NCBI GenBank assembly: GCA_021646465.1
Contig: SOET01000022.1
Coordinates: 6,737 to 30,736, forward strand
Direction of reading: 5' to 3'
Source of the DNA: Candidatus Kuenenia hertensis
GTDB taxonomy: Bacteria > Planctomycetota > Brocadiia > Brocadiales > Brocadiaceae
DNA length: 24,000 nucleotides
Shown here: positions 1 through 7,077 of the stretch, piece by piece
Numbering within the stretch: the stretch's first letter is position 1
How the letters are laid out: the number at the start of each line of letters is the position of its first letter
Made by a program: the position numbers and the translations under genes
Notes under the pieces: model-generated
What the model was told of the DNA's origin: nothing
Database searches by the model: none
What the model saw: only the letters and a program-made list of their open reading frames with translations

Positions 1-53
1 ATTGTCCCAATTGTGGGCATAAGGTCGGAGGGTATTCATTTAATGGGGAATAA
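1..53 (+). CDS. 3' end of an upstream CDS cut by the window edge; C-terminal zinc-ribbon-like CPNCG motif, identity unknown
   Basis: Frame 3 reads CPNCGHKVGGYSFNGE followed by TAA at 51-53. Only 16 codons are visible. Confidence 0.25.
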   Translation, partial: CPNCGHKVGGYSFNGE

Positions 54-56
54 ACT

Positions 57-497
57 ATGGATTTAAATGAAAAGATCAAAGAAGATTTGAAATCTTCCAT
101 GAAAGCGCAGGATAAGACAAGAACCTCAGTCTTGCGTATGATACTTGCGGATATAAAAATCGCCGAGACGTCTGGCAAACCCAGAGATCAGATAGATTAT
201 GTTGCTGTTGTGCACGGGTATCAAAAAAAATTAAAGAAGACCCGGGAAGAATATGAAAGGCTTTCATTATCGGAGAAGGTAAGAGAAATAGATAATGAGA
301 TTGCTATCGTAGAGGAATATCTTCCCAAGCAGCTTTCTGATGAAGATATTAAGAAAATTATTAATGAAGTTGTTGAGGAAAACAAATTTACCGCAAAAGA
401 ATTTGGCGCCGCAATGAAACTAATTATGACAAAATGCGGTGGGATAGCCGACGGAAAGAAAGTTCAAACATTTTTAAAACAAAAGCTGGGTTGTTAA
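57..497 (+). CDS. yqeY: GatB/YqeY domain-containing protein
   Basis: 146-aa ORF. The N-terminal LNEKIKEDLKSSMKAQDK..VLRMILADIK, central EEYLPKQLSDEDIKKIINEV and C-terminal GAAMKLIMTKCGGIADGKKV follow the YqeY family pattern as I recall it from B. subtilis YqeY. Confidence 0.85.
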   Translation: MDLNEKIKEDLKSSMKAQDKTRTSVLRMILADIKIAETSGKPRDQIDYVAVVHGYQKKLKKTREEYERLSLSEKVREIDNEIAIVEEYLPKQLSDEDIKKIINEVVEENKFTAKEFGAAMKLIMTKCGGIADGKKVQTFLKQKLGC

Positions 498-554
498 ACA
501 GTTTCCTGCGATTTAACAAAGTTTTTATACGGGAAATTTTTTTAAATATTGCCA

Positions 555-1913
555 ATGCAAAATGAGAGCTGGAAGGAAACGCTTCAGAATTTAGCGGTCG
601 ATGAACTGAGGCATGTAAGGTCTTTTGTAGATGAATTGATTCAAAAGCTGGAGAAGGAAGTAAAAGCGGAAATAAAGGCAGAAGTAAAAGAAGAAATTGA
701 TCCTATCATCATTTACCCACCTGAAACATCAGCAGAAACAAGAGAAAGACGCACAGAAAAACGTTTTGATTTAAAGACGAATGGCATGTGTTCAATCCTT
801 GACAAAGGTCTGAACGATTTTTCAAATGAAGAAATACCAATTACTATTAAGGATGTTTCTCAGCACGGAATCCGGTTTATTATAAATCGTCCGGTATTGC
901 CTTCAAATCATTTGATTATTAAATTTAGCTTATCACCCGCCGGCGCCTCTGGTAATCTTTACCGAAAATCTCAAAAGAAAATATATGTGGAGGTAAGGAG
1001 GGTGCTGAAGCGTTCTGCTCAATACGGCGGAGAATATTATGATATTGGCGCATTATCTATTGACGAAGCCACCGTAAGAGAATTGCAGGAAGAGGCAAGT
1101 GGTTTAGAAATTATAAAAAAGCGTTGTAAGACAAAAGAGGATCTGAAAATACTAATACTCTATATTAAGGAAACGCAATGCAGGGCAATTGAAAACATAT
1201 TGTTAAAGCAAGGGTACATTGTTTATGCGGCAAATCAAAAGCATAATGCAATAAGTATGTTGCGTAAAAACAGGTGTGATCTTCTTGTTACAGAAATTGA
1301 ATCAGCGAAGATGAATGAGTATGAATTGGTAAAAGATGTAAAGGCTGAATTTGCTGATTTAGGAATAATATTGGAAATAGATTCAATAGATACATGGGTG
1401 GATCTATTGCCATTTCGCTTAGACGGGTATCTATTGAAAGGTTTTAATGAAAGAGAATTAACGGTTGTTGTTGAAGTTGTACTTAGAAAAGTATTGTATA
1501 AGAATATGTTTCGTCAATATATAGAAAGCGGAAAACGTTTAAACCAAAATTTGCTGGTTGTCAGCTCCAGGGATATAGTAAGAGAACAGTTTTATGAAAA
1601 TTCAAACCAAAAGGGCTTAAAAACATTTTTTGTAATGAATACGGAATATGCAATTAATGTATTAAATATGACAAAAATTGATTTTATGCTTTTGGATACT
1701 GCCATTACCGGCGAAGAGGGATTGGATTTTGTTACAAAAGTAAAAAGGGATTTCCCGCGCCTTTCAATTACGGTACTATCGGAAAATATTCAGGAACGTA
1801 GCAGTTATCTGATGGGGGGGGTAGACAACTTTATTGTGAAGCCAACGGAGGGTATGCAAAAATTGAAACAATTTTGGGAAGCAGTTATAACTCAAAGGGA
1901 TTTCTGCCTATGA
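555..1913 (+). CDS. PilZ domain protein fused to two receiver (REC)-like domains; probable c-di-GMP-binding signalling protein
   Basis: PilZ c-di-GMP motifs RTEKR (RxxxR) and DVSQHG (DxSxxG) lie about 30 residues apart. REC-like module 1 (KILILY...DLLVTEIE...LDGYLLKG) has E where the phospho-accepting D is expected. REC-like module 2 (LLVVSSRD...DFMLLDTAI...SITVLSE...FIVKP) keeps D, S and K but lacks the N-terminal acidic pair. The ORF track starts at TTG 549; the ATG at 555 is preferred, and neither start has a clear SD. Confidence 0.8.
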   Translation: MQNESWKETLQNLAVDELRHVRSFVDELIQKLEKEVKAEIKAEVKEEIDPIIIYPPETSAETRERRTEKRFDLKTNGMCSILDKGLNDFSNEEIPITIKDVSQHGIRFIINRPVLPSNHLIIKFSLSPAGASGNLYRKSQKKIYVEVRRVLKRSAQYGGEYYDIGALSIDEATVRELQEEASGLEIIKKRCKTKEDLKILILYIKETQCRAIENILLKQGYIVYAANQKHNAISMLRKNRCDLLVTEIESAKMNEYELVKDVKAEFADLGIILEIDSIDTWVDLLPFRLDGYLLKGFNERELTVVVEVVLRKVLYKNMFRQYIESGKRLNQNLLVVSSRDIVREQFYENSNQKGLKTFFVMNTEYAINVLNMTKIDFMLLDTAITGEEGLDFVTKVKRDFPRLSITVLSENIQERSSYLMGGVDNFIVKPTEGMQKLKQFWEAVITQRDFCL

Positions 1914-3654
1914 GTTCATTTGTGCAAGCGCATTCTATAGACAGCACTTGTGACATTCTGCTTTTATCCCTATAAATGGTGATTCCTTTGCAACCGCTCC
2001 TATATGCTAACAGGAAAACATTTTCCACATCCTTTGCAGTTGATTCTTTTGGAAAATTAATAGTTTTGGAAACGGCGTTATCGATATATTTTTGACAGGT
2101 AGATTGAATTTGTACGTGATATTCCGGAGAAATGTCCCTTGCCGTTGGAAATAATCTTTTTATATCATCAGGAATATATTCGATATTCCGTATTGTTCCT
2201 TCTTTTTTAACATCTGCTAAAAGTTTATCAGTATAAATTTCCCTTTCTTTTGCTACTTTTTCAAAGAGGGGATTGATTTCCGGCAATCCGCCTTCCACGA
2301 GCACATTTCTTGTATATGCGAGAGCAAATAGAGGCTCTATGCCGCTGGAGCAATTGGCAATAATGCTGATAGTACCTGTTGGTGCTATTGTTGTCCTTGT
2401 CGCATTTCTATATTTGGGGCCATTTTGTTGGGCGTAAATACTTTTTTCATAGTTGGGAAATACTCCGCGTTCTGATGCCAATCCTGCAGATGCCTCATTT
2501 GCTTTTTTGGAAAAGTGACTTAAAAGTTTATTTGTAAATTGTATAGCTTCTTCTGAATCATAGGGGATGTTGAGTTTTATAAGGATGTCCGCAAACCCCA
2601 TAAGCCCCAATCCTATTTTTCTGTTGCCTTTTGTTAACCTTTCAATTTGTGGTAGCGGATACTTTGTTGCATCAATAACATTGTCAAGAAAGTGTACAGC
2701 AAGATAAATTGTTTCCTCCAGGGTGCGCCAATTCATTTCGTAATGGTCGTTTTTATGTGTAATCATTTGAGAAAGGTTGATTGACCCCAAAACACATGCT
2801 TCATACGGTAGCAGAGGTTGTTCTCCGCACGGATTTGTCCCTTCAATGTTCCCAAACAATGGGGTAGGATTGGTTTTGTTTATTGTATCAATAAATAAAA
2901 CACCAGGTTCGCCATTTTTCCATGCAGATTGTACGATTTCCTGAAAAAGTTCCTTTGCCTTTATTGTTTGAGAAATTGATTTCGTCCGCGGGTTGACAAG
3001 GGGAAAGATTTCGTCATTTTCCACTGCCTGCATAAAGGCGTCTGTAATGCCGACAGAAATGTTAAAATTTGTGAGAGCCCCTTCAGAATTTTTTGCATGA
3101 ACAAAATCGAGAATATCGGGATGGTTGATATTAAGCACTGCCATGTTTGCGCCTCGCCTGAAACCTCCCTGGTTTATGGCCTCCGTTGCTTCATTAAAAA
3201 CTTTCATAAATGAAACGGGGCCGCTTGCCATACCGCATGAAGCGCTCACCAGATCATTTTTTGGTCGTATGCGGGAAAAACTGAAACCAGTGCCTCCTCC
3301 GCTTTTATGGATTATGGCGGCATGTTTTACCGTGTCAAAGATGCTTTCGATGGAATCTTCTACAGGCAATACGAAACATGCGAGTAATTGTTGCAGATGT
3401 CTGTTTGCATTCATTAATGTGGGTGAATTGGGAAGAAATTGCAGGGAAATCATAAGGTGGTAAAATTGTTCTTCCAGAGAAAGAATATCTGCATTTTTGT
3501 TGTAAATTAAATCTACCGAGGCGATATTTTTTGCGATTCTGCGAAACATATCTTCAGGCGATTCAATGGGTTCTCCGGAAGCATTTTTTTTCAAATATCT
3601 TTTTTCAAGTACTAATCTGGCGTTTGGAGATAAGGAAAGGGTATTTTTATCCAT
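1885..3654 (-). CDS. nrdJ: Adenosylcobalamin-dependent (class II) ribonucleotide reductase, compact form without ATP-cone
   Basis: Signature TNPCGEQPLLPYEACVLGSINL (thiyl-radical Cys loop), N-terminal LSPNARLVLEKRYL and C-terminal KGITIYRDKSR, with a CAC cysteine pair in the tail. Start moved to ATG 3654 (MDKNTLSLSPNA) rather than the ORF-track start at 3693. Confidence 0.9.
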   Translation of the reverse strand: MDKNTLSLSPNARLVLEKRYLKKNASGEPIESPEDMFRRIAKNIASVDLIYNKNADILSLEEQFYHLMISLQFLPNSPTLMNANRHLQQLLACFVLPVEDSIESIFDTVKHAAIIHKSGGGTGFSFSRIRPKNDLVSASCGMASGPVSFMKVFNEATEAINQGGFRRGANMAVLNINHPDILDFVHAKNSEGALTNFNISVGITDAFMQAVENDEIFPLVNPRTKSISQTIKAKELFQEIVQSAWKNGEPGVLFIDTINKTNPTPLFGNIEGTNPCGEQPLLPYEACVLGSINLSQMITHKNDHYEMNWRTLEETIYLAVHFLDNVIDATKYPLPQIERLTKGNRKIGLGLMGFADILIKLNIPYDSEEAIQFTNKLLSHFSKKANEASAGLASERGVFPNYEKSIYAQQNGPKYRNATRTTIAPTGTISIIANCSSGIEPLFALAYTRNVLVEGGLPEINPLFEKVAKEREIYTDKLLADVKKEGTIRNIEYIPDDIKRLFPTARDISPEYHVQIQSTCQKYIDNAVSKTINFPKESTAKDVENVFLLAYRSGCKGITIYRDKSRMSQVLSIECACTNELIGRNPFEL

Positions 3655-3694
3655 TTTTAATAAAAAAGCAGATGTACAATAAAATCTGATCAAT

Positions 3695-4759
3695 TTAAAT
3701 GATTAACATACAGTCACCATAGCTATAAAAACGATATCCCTCTTTTTTGGCAATTTCATATGCGTTCAGAATTTGTTCCCTGCCCGCAAAGGCTGAAACC
3801 AAGAGTAAAAGTGTAGATTTCGGAAGATGAAAGTTGGTAATGAGGACGTCAACGTATTTAAACTGGTATGGAGGATAAATAAATAAATCCGTATAGCCTG
3901 AAAACCGGTGTATGTTGCTACTCAAAGCAATTGTTTCCAGTACCCGGCATGAAGTACTTCCTGTTGCAATGATACGGCCTTCCCGGTTTTTTGTAGTCGT
4001 TATTTTTCGGATCAATTCTTTTGAATATTCGTAATACTCTTTATGCATACAATGTTGTTGTATTTCTTCCGCTTTTATGGGCAAAAACGTACCTAAACCG
4101 ACGTGAAGTGTCACAAACTCTATCTCTACTCCACGGTGTTTTATTTTTTTTAATACGCCCTCGCTGAAATGTAACCCCGCGGTGGGGGCTGCGATAGCAC
4201 CTTCTTTTTTGGCGAATACTGTTTGGTATCGTTCTGCATCCATAGCAGAAAGGGTATTATTTTTCTTCTGACGTTTTATGTACGGTGGTAACGGCATTTC
4301 TCCGTCCCTGTCCATAAGTTCCTTGATGTTTGCTCCATTTTCTATTTGTAATATCCATGAGCTATCTTCGTGTTTTTCAAGCAAAATGGCTGAAATAGTA
4401 GCATTGTCAAGATAAATACGTTCTCCTTTTTTCAATGGCGCGTTTGATTTTAGTAAAGCTTTCCAGCAATTATCTTCCAGCTCTTCTGTAAATAGTAAAT
4501 CGATGTAAGCGCCATGTGCCTTTTGCCCGGCTATCCGTGAAGGAATAACCTTTGTATTATTCAATACGAGAATATCCTCCGGGGAAAGGTAATCGGTAAT
4601 TTCATTGAATTTGCGATGTTCTATTTTGCCAGAGTAACGATGAAGAACCAAAAGCCTGGCATTTTCCCTTTTTCCCATAGGTTTTTGGGCAATAAGTTCC
4701 TTTGGGAGATCAAAATCGTAATCAGCTACTTTATTAAAAATTATAGAGGTTTCAGGCAT
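3695..4759 (-). CDS. queA: S-adenosylmethionine:tRNA ribosyltransferase-isomerase (queuosine biosynthesis)
   Basis: YDFDLPKELIAQKP, ARLLVL, APTAGLHF, TLHVGLGTFLPI, CRVLETI and YRFYSYGDCMLI are all typical QueA blocks. The ORF-track start at 4774 is TTG; the ATG at 4759 (MPETS...) is preferred. Confidence 0.92.
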   Translation of the reverse strand: MPETSIIFNKVADYDFDLPKELIAQKPMGKRENARLLVLHRYSGKIEHRKFNEITDYLSPEDILVLNNTKVIPSRIAGQKAHGAYIDLLFTEELEDNCWKALLKSNAPLKKGERIYLDNATISAILLEKHEDSSWILQIENGANIKELMDRDGEMPLPPYIKRQKKNNTLSAMDAERYQTVFAKKEGAIAAPTAGLHFSEGVLKKIKHRGVEIEFVTLHVGLGTFLPIKAEEIQQHCMHKEYYEYSKELIRKITTTKNREGRIIATGSTSCRVLETIALSSNIHRFSGYTDLFIYPPYQFKYVDVLITNFHLPKSTLLLLVSAFAGREQILNAYEIAKKEGYRFYSYGDCMLII

Positions 4760-5024
4760 TTCGGAATTTAGCAATAAAGAAGAGAAAATTACATGAACCC
4801 TAGTTTTATTGATTCATATTAAAAGACATTAAACAAAATAACAATTAAAAAAACAGAGTTCCGTTTCCGGAGATCGATAAAAAAAAGAACAAACTAAATA
4901 TTTTCCAAAAAACATTACTTTTTTATTTCTACAACATATAGTACCTGATGAAAGCAATGTGACAACCATTTGGATAGATAATTAATATTACAATATTTAT
5001 GTTAGAAAAATTGAAAAATATTTG

Positions 5025-5052
5025 TTGACAAAAAAATAAAAAACAGTATTGT
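5025..5052 (+). promoter_or_regulatory. Putative sigma70-type promoter of the dcw operon (Pmra-like)
   Basis: TTGACA at 5025-5030, a 16-nt A-rich spacer, then TATTGT at 5047-5052. It lies in a very AT-rich 325-bp divergent intergenic region between queA and mraZ. Motif match only. Confidence 0.45.
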
Positions 5053-5064
5053 CATAGCCATGTT

Positions 5065-5089
5065 AGTGGTATAAAGTGGTGAAAAGTGG
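5065..5089 (+). promoter_or_regulatory. Putative MraZ operator: three direct AGTGG repeats with 10-bp phasing
   Basis: AGTGGT-ATAA-AGTGGT-GAAA-AGTGGG, with repeat starts at 5065, 5075 and 5085. It sits between the predicted -10 and the mraZ ATG. MraZ is known to bind phased GTG(G)-containing direct repeats upstream of its own gene. Confidence 0.6.
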
Positions 5090-5099
5090 GGAAAAACAT

Positions 5100-5573
5100 A
5101 TGTTCACCGGAGAATACCGACACACGATAGATACTAAAAACCGCCTTGCCATTCCGGCTTCTTTACGTGATGTTATTAACGAAGAAGTTGAGGGGAAAGG
5201 GTTTTTTATAACCCGGGGCCTCGATACGTGTTTATTCATGTATACCCCTAAAGAATGGCAAGGCGTTGTTTCAAAAATTGAACAACTCTCTTTTACTAAT
5301 AAAAAGGCACGACAGTTTCAACGTCTTTTTTTCTCTAAAGCTCAACGCATTAACGAAATGGACCCTCAAGGGCGCATATTAATTCCTCAATACTTGAAAG
5401 ATATTGCGAATATACAGAAAAATGTAGTTATTGTAGGTATAAGCAATCGGATTGAAATCTGGGACGAAAAGAACTGGAACGATTTTGAATCGGAATATGA
5501 CGGTGAAGGTGAGTTTGAGGAAATTGCAGAAGATTTGTTTCGGTTAGGTTTTCCTTCAAATGATAAAGGGTAG
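5100..5573 (+). CDS. mraZ: Transcriptional regulator MraZ
   Basis: MFTGEYRHTIDTKNRLAIPASLR and a second half with DPQGRILIPQYLKD form the duplicated SpoVT/AbrB-like DxxxR motifs typical of MraZ. The ATG at 5100 is preferred over the ORF-track GTG at 5076, which lies inside the operator repeats. Confidence 0.93.
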   Translation: MFTGEYRHTIDTKNRLAIPASLRDVINEEVEGKGFFITRGLDTCLFMYTPKEWQGVVSKIEQLSFTNKKARQFQRLFFSKAQRINEMDPQGRILIPQYLKDIANIQKNVVIVGISNRIEIWDEKNWNDFESEYDGEGEFEEIAEDLFRLGFPSNDKG

Positions 5574-5691
5574 GTGAAAAGCCTATGGCGTATAGTTTTT
5601 TTGAAGGAGAGAATGCTCTTTGTTTCACTAAAGAAATACGAAATTTAAAGCGTGCCGCGCAAAAATAACATTAAGATTATGAAAATGTCTT

Positions 5692-6594
5692 ATGTCTAAT
5701 AATACGGAAGACCGGCTTCTCCATGAACCGGTTATGGTTGAGGAGGTATTGGAATACTTGTGTTTGCGTCCTGGTAACGTTATTCTGGATTGCACAGTGG
5801 GAGGAGGAGGTCACGCAGGCAAGATAATGGAAAAGATTAAACCTGACGGTTGTTTAATTGGCATTGATAGGGATTCTGAAATGTTGAATATGACAAAGCA
5901 GTATTTATCAAACAGAGGATGTTCTTTTCGGTTATATCATGCAAATTATTCAGATGTTGATGAAGTTTTAAAAATGGCAAATATCGATAAGGTCCATGGT
6001 GTACTTCTTGATCTGGGCGTTTCTTCATTACAATTTGACAGAGCCGAGCGTGGGTTTAGTTTTTCAAAAGAAGGTCCTATCGATATGAGAATGGACCGGT
6101 CGGCTTCTTTTATGGCGCAGGATTTATTACGGAAAATATCTGAACGGGAATTACAGGAATTGTTAAAAAAATATGGAGAAGAACGTTGGTCAAAAAGAAT
6201 TGCAAGGCGGATAATTAAAGAAAGAAGTGTACGCGGCCTAAAGTCAACAACACAATTGGCAAGAGTTATAGAAGGCGCTGTTCCCGTGAAAAGAAGCAAA
6301 ATCCATCCTGCAACGAGGGTCTTTCAGGCATTGCGAATAGCAGTAAACAGAGAATTGGAAAGTTTAGAAATTTTCTTAGATAAGATTCACAATTTTATGG
6401 TGACAGGTGCGCGTATCGTCGTCATAAGTTTTCATTCACTTGAAGATAGAATTGTGAAAAATAGTTTTATAAAAATGGAGGATAAAAACGTATTTCACAT
6501 AGTAACCAAAAAACCTTTAAGGCCAAATGCTTCTGAAATAGAAAAAAATGTGAGAAGTAGAAGTGCAAAACTCAGAGTTGCAGAAAGGATTTAA
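5692..6594 (+). CDS. rsmH: 16S rRNA (cytosine1402-N4)-methyltransferase
   Basis: HEPVMVEEVLEYL, DCTVGGGGHA, DLGVSSLQFD, GPIDMRMD and ISFHSLEDRIVK are typical RsmH/MraW blocks. It occupies the canonical second position of the dcw cluster. Confidence 0.95.
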   Translation: MSNNTEDRLLHEPVMVEEVLEYLCLRPGNVILDCTVGGGGHAGKIMEKIKPDGCLIGIDRDSEMLNMTKQYLSNRGCSFRLYHANYSDVDEVLKMANIDKVHGVLLDLGVSSLQFDRAERGFSFSKEGPIDMRMDRSASFMAQDLLRKISERELQELLKKYGEERWSKRIARRIIKERSVRGLKSTTQLARVIEGAVPVKRSKIHPATRVFQALRIAVNRELESLEIFLDKIHNFMVTGARIVVISFHSLEDRIVKNSFIKMEDKNVFHIVTKKPLRPNASEIEKNVRSRSAKLRVAERI

Positions 6595-6595
6595 C

Positions 6596-6961
6596 ATGGA
6601 AATGTTTAGATGGTTGGTAATGTTTGCTATTGCAATAGCAATGGCGGTGTTGGTTGTCTGGGAAAGGAATAAAACTATCGAAACAGGGTATCAAATCGCA
6701 CAACTTCAAAAAGATTTCATTGAGTTGTCGGAAAGAAACAAAAAACTCGATTATTATGTGCTAAAATTAAAATCACCGGAGGTTATAGAGGACAAAGTAA
6801 AAGCTTATCAACTTGCACTTTTGCCTCGGGAAGATTCTTCGAACAGGTTGGCGGCCAGGAGAACAAAAAAGAGTGTAGAGGTTTCTTCGAAAACGATTAT
6901 GGCCGGTAATTTATATACGCAAAAAGAACCGGTACTTAGAGGGTATAAGTTACATAATTAG
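6596..6961 (+). CDS. ftsL: FtsL-like cell division protein (single N-terminal TM helix plus coiled coil)
   Basis: Position between rsmH and ftsI. A hydrophobic helix (FRWLVMFAIAIAMAVLVVW) is followed by a heptad-like QLQKDFIELSERNKKLDYYVLKLKSPEVIEDK. The ATG at 6596 lies 1 nt after the rsmH stop, suggesting translational coupling. The ORF-track start at 6563 overlaps rsmH and is less likely. Confidence 0.7.
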   Translation: MEMFRWLVMFAIAIAMAVLVVWERNKTIETGYQIAQLQKDFIELSERNKKLDYYVLKLKSPEVIEDKVKAYQLALLPREDSSNRLAARRTKKSVEVSSKTIMAGNLYTQKEPVLRGYKLHN

Positions 6962-6990
6962 AGAAAGTTAAAGATATTTTGTGGCCTTCC

Positions 6991-7035
6991 TCCCGAACGC
7001 TTTCGGGGAAAAGTTTTTTTTCTCGAAAGCGTTCG
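6991..7035 (+). terminator. Terminator/attenuator-like structured element inside the dcw operon
   Basis: Hairpin CCCGAA-CGCT-TTCGGG (6992-7007) followed by GAAAAG and a T8 run (7014-7021). In addition there is a perfect 12-nt inverted repeat, CGAACGCTTTCG (6994-7005) with CGAAAGCGTTCG (7024-7035), followed by TAAATTTTT. The two folds are mutually exclusive. Confidence 0.4.
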
Positions 7036-7077
7036 TAAATTTTTAAATGTATTTTTTATATTTTAAGGGATACCAAT

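Noticed and set aside
501-547. Possible terminator after yqeY (TTTCC...GGAAA followed by a T7 run).
   Set aside because: The stem is only 5 bp with a loop of about 24 nt, which is not a credible intrinsic terminator hairpin.
3655-3693. ORF-track upstream start for nrdJ (MIRFYCTSAFLLK extension) and a possible NrdR box or B12 riboswitch upstream of nrdJ.
   Set aside because: The extension would leave a 1-nt gap to queA and adds a hydrophobic peptide not seen in RNRs. The 40-nt gap is too short for a riboswitch, and I could not find a convincing 16-bp NrdR-type palindrome.
5076-5099. ORF-track GTG start for mraZ (MVKSGEKH extension).
   Set aside because: The extension is encoded by the AGTGG operator-like repeats. 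MraZ proteins typically begin MF.G, which matches the ATG at 5100 preceded by the G-rich SD-like GGGG.
5613-5648. 11-codon mini-ORF (MLFVSLKKYEI) with GAAGGAGAG upstream, in the mraZ-rsmH spacer.
   Set aside because: It is too short to evaluate without conservation or ribosome-profiling data. It could be a chance SD-ATG pairing, so it is not reported as a feature.
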